Below the pieces are notes generated by a model. That model searched no databases, was not told where the DNA came from, and saw nothing but the letters and a program-made list of their open reading frames with translations. A stretch of DNA of 53,400 bases from Opitutales bacterium. GTDB lineage: Bacteria; Verrucomicrobiota; Verrucomicrobiia; Opitutales; UBA953. The DNA lies in NCBI GenBank assembly GCA_044378215.1, contig JBILXR010000001.1, positions 1-53,400 on the forward strand, written 5' to 3'. The stretch's first letter is position 1; each line of letters begins with the position of its first letter. This document shows positions 48,256 through 53,400 of the stretch, piece after piece. Both the position numbers and the translations under genes were made by a program.

Positions 48256-48813
48256 ATGAATAAGACGTCCGTCGCCATCACCGCCGCCTTCTGCGTGGCG
48301 ATCGGTTTCCTCATCGCCCGCTTCATCGGTCCGACCGAAGCCCCGCCGCCCGCCAAGGTGGAAAAAGCCGTCGTCGCCGCCCCGACGCCGCCCCCGCAAC
48401 CGACCAAGGTCGCCGCGCCTAAGCCCGCCACCGCGACCCCGGCCAAACGCCCGCCGATGGATGAAACCACCAAGGCGCGTTACAAGGCCTTCGGCGAAGA
48501 GACCCGGAAAATGGCGCTGGACCTCGCCGGCGGCGACGAGAAGAAGCTTGGGCAGGCCTTCCGCAACGGGATGGCCAACCCGGCCACACAAGACCTCTTC
48601 AAACGCGGCCGCGCCCTCGGTGAGGCGATGCGGGCCGCGGAGACTGACGCCGAGCGCACCGCCTTGGAAGGCGAAGTGGCCGCGCTCCGCGACGAAGGCA
48701 TGGGCCTGCTCAAGGCGGAGATCGATAAGATCGACGACGCCGCCGCGAACGGTCAGACCGCGCCGGCCCCGGCTGCTCCCGCCCCGGTCATCCCGGCGCC
48801 GGGATTGATGTGA
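48256..48813 (+). CDS. Hypothetical membrane-anchored Pro/Ala-rich protein
   Basis: N-terminal hydrophobic helix VAITAAFCVAIGFLIARF, a Pro/Ala/Lys-rich linker and a helical C-terminus. Confidence 0.5.
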   Translation: MNKTSVAITAAFCVAIGFLIARFIGPTEAPPPAKVEKAVVAAPTPPPQPTKVAAPKPATATPAKRPPMDETTKARYKAFGEETRKMALDLAGGDEKKLGQAFRNGMANPATQDLFKRGRALGEAMRAAETDAERTALEGEVAALRDEGMGLLKAEIDKIDDAAANGQTAPAPAAPAPVIPAPGLM

Positions 48814-48897
48814 TTCGGCTTCGCCGGGACAGGCCTATGACAGATACCAGGCAGACCGGGTATTGCGGCTAGCCAGTCCTTCCCTCAGCGTCGACCC

Positions 48898-49698
48898 ATG
48901 CTCGGAGCCATCGCCGGCGACATCATCGGATCGGTCCACGAATTCAGCCGTAACGAAGACGAGGGCTTCCCGCTCTTCGCCGAGAAGTCCTGCCCGACCG
49001 ACGACTCGCTGCTCACTTGGGCGGTGGCGGAGACGATCCTCCTCGGCGAACGCGACTATAAGCCGCGGATCGTCGGCATGGTCAGCTACTACGAGAAGAA
49101 CGGCCACCTGGCCCCTTTGTCGGCGGCCTTCGGCGGCGGCTTCCTTGGCTGGGTCTACGAGGGTGCGCCGGGCGAACGGAATTCCTTCGGCAACGGTTCC
49201 GCCATGCGCGTCTCACCGGTGGCCTGGGCTTTCGACGACTTGGAGACCGTGCTCGAACACGCCACGCTCAGCGCCCGCCCCTCGCACGCCCACCCCGAAG
49301 GCATCAAAGGTGCCCAAGCGGTCGCGGCGGCGACCTGGACGGCCCGCAAGTATCGCAATCCCGACGCCGTCCGCGCCGTGGCCGAAAGCTTCTATGGCCC
49401 CCTGCCCGAGCTTCCGGAGATCCGGAAGACCCACGCCTATAACGAGACCTGCCAAGGGTGCGTGCCGGAATGCCTGGCCATCGCCGTCGGGACGGCCGAC
49501 TACGAATCTGCGGTCCGCTTCGCCGCCTCCATCCGGGGGGACGCCGATACCCTGGCCGCCATCACCGGTTCGATCAGCCAAGCCCTCTGGGGGCTGCCCA
49601 AGGCCATCCGCGAGCAGTCCCTGGCCATCACCGCCCGTTGCTACCCCGGGATGGAGCGGACGGTGGCCGAATTCGAGGCCCGGTTCGGCGGATTTTGA
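48898..49698 (+). CDS. ADP-ribosylglycohydrolase-family protein
   Basis: N-terminal MLGAIAGDIIGS, TDDSLLT, GNGSAMR and GDADTLAAITGSI motifs of the ARH/DraG fold. Confidence 0.85.
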   Translation: MLGAIAGDIIGSVHEFSRNEDEGFPLFAEKSCPTDDSLLTWAVAETILLGERDYKPRIVGMVSYYEKNGHLAPLSAAFGGGFLGWVYEGAPGERNSFGNGSAMRVSPVAWAFDDLETVLEHATLSARPSHAHPEGIKGAQAVAAATWTARKYRNPDAVRAVAESFYGPLPELPEIRKTHAYNETCQGCVPECLAIAVGTADYESAVRFAASIRGDADTLAAITGSISQALWGLPKAIREQSLAITARCYPGMERTVAEFEARFGGF

Positions 49699-49726
49699 GG
49701 ATTATATGGCCTTTTGGCCTGCCGGC

Positions 49727-49761
49727 TTGACAGTGAACAAGTTTTCATCGAACATGCGTTC
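49727..49761 (+). promoter_or_regulatory. lexA promoter/operator: TTGACA -35-like hexamer followed by two tandem GAAC-N4-GTTC-type boxes
   Basis: TTGACA at 49727-49732. GAACAAGTTTTC at 49735-49746 (one mismatch to the palindrome). GAACATGCGTTC at 49750-49761 (perfect GAAC-N4-GTTC). The lexA ATG is at 49765. Confidence 0.6.
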
Positions 49762-49764
49762 ACT

Positions 49765-50424
49765 ATGGAAGAACTGACCAAGAAGCAGCGGGCCATCCTC
49801 GACTACATGAAAGCCCACGTGGCCGAGCACTCGTACTGGCCGAGCATCCGCGATATCCAGGCCAAGTTCCGCTTCGCCTCCACCAACGGCGTCTACGGTC
49901 ACCTCCAGGCCCTCGAGCGCAAGGGCGTCCTACAGCGCATCCCGGGCGCCGCCCGGGCCTACAAGATCGTCCCGGAAGTCCTCGGCGACACCTCCGAGAC
50001 CGTCATCCGCTACGAAGGCCCCGGCGACGACGCCATCGCCTTCGAGAACGTGAAGTTCGCCGGCTCCATCGCCGCCGGCTTCCCCGACTACACCGAGTCC
50101 TCCGGTGTCTTGGACTCGATGCAGGTCCCCCTCTCGCCCAGCGCCCGTCGTCGCGCTCCTGAATCCTTCGCCCTCCGCGTCCGCGGTGACTCCATGATCG
50201 ACGCCGACATCAACGACGGCGACACCGTCATCGTCGAACCCGGCACGCCCAAGCATGGTGACATCGTCGCCGCACTCATCGACGGCGAAACGACCCTCAA
50301 GCGCCTCATCAAGCAGGGCTCGAAGGTCTACCTCAAGGCCGAGAACCAGAATTACCCTGACCTCATCCCGACCAGCTCCCTGACGATCCAGGGGATTGCG
50401 AAGTCGGTGATGAAGCGGATCTGA
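49765..50424 (+). CDS. lexA: LexA repressor
   Basis: N-terminal wHTH (MEELTKKQRAILDYM..SIRDI), Ala-Gly cleavage site (IAAGFP), and Ser/Lys dyad blocks VRGDSM and TLKRL. Confidence 0.92.
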   Translation: MEELTKKQRAILDYMKAHVAEHSYWPSIRDIQAKFRFASTNGVYGHLQALERKGVLQRIPGAARAYKIVPEVLGDTSETVIRYEGPGDDAIAFENVKFAGSIAAGFPDYTESSGVLDSMQVPLSPSARRRAPESFALRVRGDSMIDADINDGDTVIVEPGTPKHGDIVAALIDGETTLKRLIKQGSKVYLKAENQNYPDLIPTSSLTIQGIAKSVMKRI

Positions 50425-50444
50425 AGCGGCGACCTGCGTCAGCC

Positions 50445-51308
50445 TCAGGCTTTGCGCAGCACCAGCAGGACATCCGAATACGCCATGTCGATCTTGCGGG
50501 TCGACTCTAGGTCGTAATGGAAATCGTGGCAGGCGACTAACTTAAGGGAGGAAACCTTGGCCAGCAGGGCCTTCAGCTCGGCCGGAGAGTAGGTGCGGAA
50601 ATCCCACAGGGTCTCCTCGATGCGGGTCTTACCCTTCTCGGTGATACGCATGCGGGTGCGCATGGCTTCGGTCCGCGACTTCCGATCGGCCGGGGCCGAC
50701 CAGGTATCACTGACGACACGGATGCCGGGCTTGCGGCCGATCCAGCGCTCATGGTCGGGCGGGCTGTTCTTGTAATCGGTCAGATGGAGTCCGAGGAGGA
50801 GCAGGCCTCCGGGACGGAGCGAAGCGGCCATGCGGCGCAAAGCGCTGACCGCGCCTAGCTCGGTGTCGACGTATTTGAACGTGCTGACGAAGCAGTGGGC
50901 GACGTCGTAGCGGGCGCCCTTCGGCACCGTGAAATCCTGCAGACGGTCGCGCCACACCCTGCCCTTCAGGCCCTTGGCCTTGAGGCGGTTCTTCGCGAAG
51001 GCGACCTGGTGCTTGTTCAGGTCGAAGCCATGGACGACATGTCCGCGGGCGGCGAGCGACTCCAGCAGACGGCCAGAACCGCAGGCCGGCTCAAAGACGC
51101 GCATCGGTCCCTGGAGCTTCGGGCCATGCTTCTTCATGATGCCCTCGATGAAACGCGTCTCCTTCTTCGTATAATCCGCATACACCATGTCGTAGTACAA
51201 CGGCGAGTCGTACCAGGCGGTGGAGGATTGTTGAGGAGATGACAAAGTGGTCAGCGGTTGGCGGTTAGCGGATAGCGGTTGGCAAAGACAGTACCGAGGC
51301 GGGTTCAA
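50445..51308 (-). CDS. Class I SAM-dependent methyltransferase
   Basis: Motif I VFEPACGSGRLL. The first ~20 codons of the track ORF overlap the heptamer repeat at 51253-51283, so the true start may be 51245 (TTG) or 51188 (ATG). Confidence 0.75.
   Translation of the reverse strand: MNPPRYCLCQPLSANRQPLTTLSSPQQSSTAWYDSPLYYDMVYADYTKKETRFIEGIMKKHGPKLQGPMRVFEPACGSGRLLESLAARGHVVHGFDLNKHQVAFAKNRLKAKGLKGRVWRDRLQDFTVPKGARYDVAHCFVSTFKYVDTELGAVSALRRMAASLRPGGLLLLGLHLTDYKNSPPDHERWIGRKPGIRVVSDTWSAPADRKSRTEAMRTRMRITEKGKTRIEETLWDFRTYSPAELKALLAKVSSLKLVACHDFHYDLESTRKIDMAYSDVLLVLRKA
51253..51283 (-). repeat. Heptamer repeat array (reverse orientation)
   Basis: AGCGGTTGGCGGTTAGCGGATAGCGGTTGGC. Its first 14 nt are the exact reverse complement of 51365-51378. 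Confidence 0.8.
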
Positions 51309-51364
51309 ACATAGGGCCAGGAGACAGCATCACGGCTAGACGGCTGGGTTTGGGTTCTACCCCA

Positions 51365-51392
51365 AACCGCCAACCGCTTACCGCTCACCGCT
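51365..51392 (+). repeat. Heptamer repeat array (AACCGCC AACCGCT TACCGCT CACCGCT)
   Basis: Read directly. Lies 8 nt from the thiC stop codon. Confidence 0.8.
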
Positions 51393-51400
51393 AAAACCCG

Positions 51401-53398
<1,998 letters not shown>

Positions 53399-53400
53399 CT

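Noticed and set aside
44571-51392. Whether the heptamer arrays could be a CRISPR array or a minisatellite-encoded peptide.
   Set aside because: The units are 7 nt, contiguous, without spacers, and each array is under 50 nt. That is incompatible with CRISPR repeats of 24-48 nt with spacers. There is no ORF support for a coding role except a doubtful overlap with the methyltransferase 5' end.

Overview
High-GC bacterial chromosomal window. The gene content (secreted sulfatases and esterases, a TAT-signal Gfo/Idh/MocA enzyme, LpxI, an autotransporter with HAF-like repeats) suggests a PVC/Verrucomicrobiota-like host; this is inference only. I found no rRNA, CRISPR array, transposase or integrase.

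Layout:
- 1-6755, minus strand: housekeeping block ptsI-hisC-hisB-hisH-gltA, then an ECF sigma/anti-sigma pair.
- 6873-14301, plus strand: a tightly coupled four-gene module. It encodes a zinc-ribbon P-loop GTPase, a GAP1-like single-pass membrane protein, a 982-aa helical single-pass membrane protein and a GYF-domain multipass membrane protein. A tRNA(CAU) follows it. This is the best candidate for an uncharacterised system.
- 14457-22164: housekeeping genes rsfS, nadD, lpxI, panB, gpsA and a divergent purA, plus a SET-domain protein and a TPR protein.
- 22525-24346: a divergent pair of an HDAC-type deacetylase and a bacterial-type PARG.
- 24355-48207: a glycan-degradation region with SGNH and SASA esterases, two formylglycine sulfatases, alpha/beta hydrolases, a Gfo/Idh/MocA enzyme, a sugar-phosphate isomerase and a complete glucarate/galactarate operon. 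An autotransporter gene interrupts it, bracketed by a diverged ~165-bp direct repeat (a gene remnant).
- 48256-53332: an ADP-ribosylglycohydrolase, lexA with tandem GAAC-N4-GTTC boxes, a SAM methyltransferase and thiC.

A short tandem heptamer repeat family (consensus about AACCGCT) recurs at several gene boundaries. Many long ORFs in the track are antisense shadows typical of high-GC DNA and were not called.
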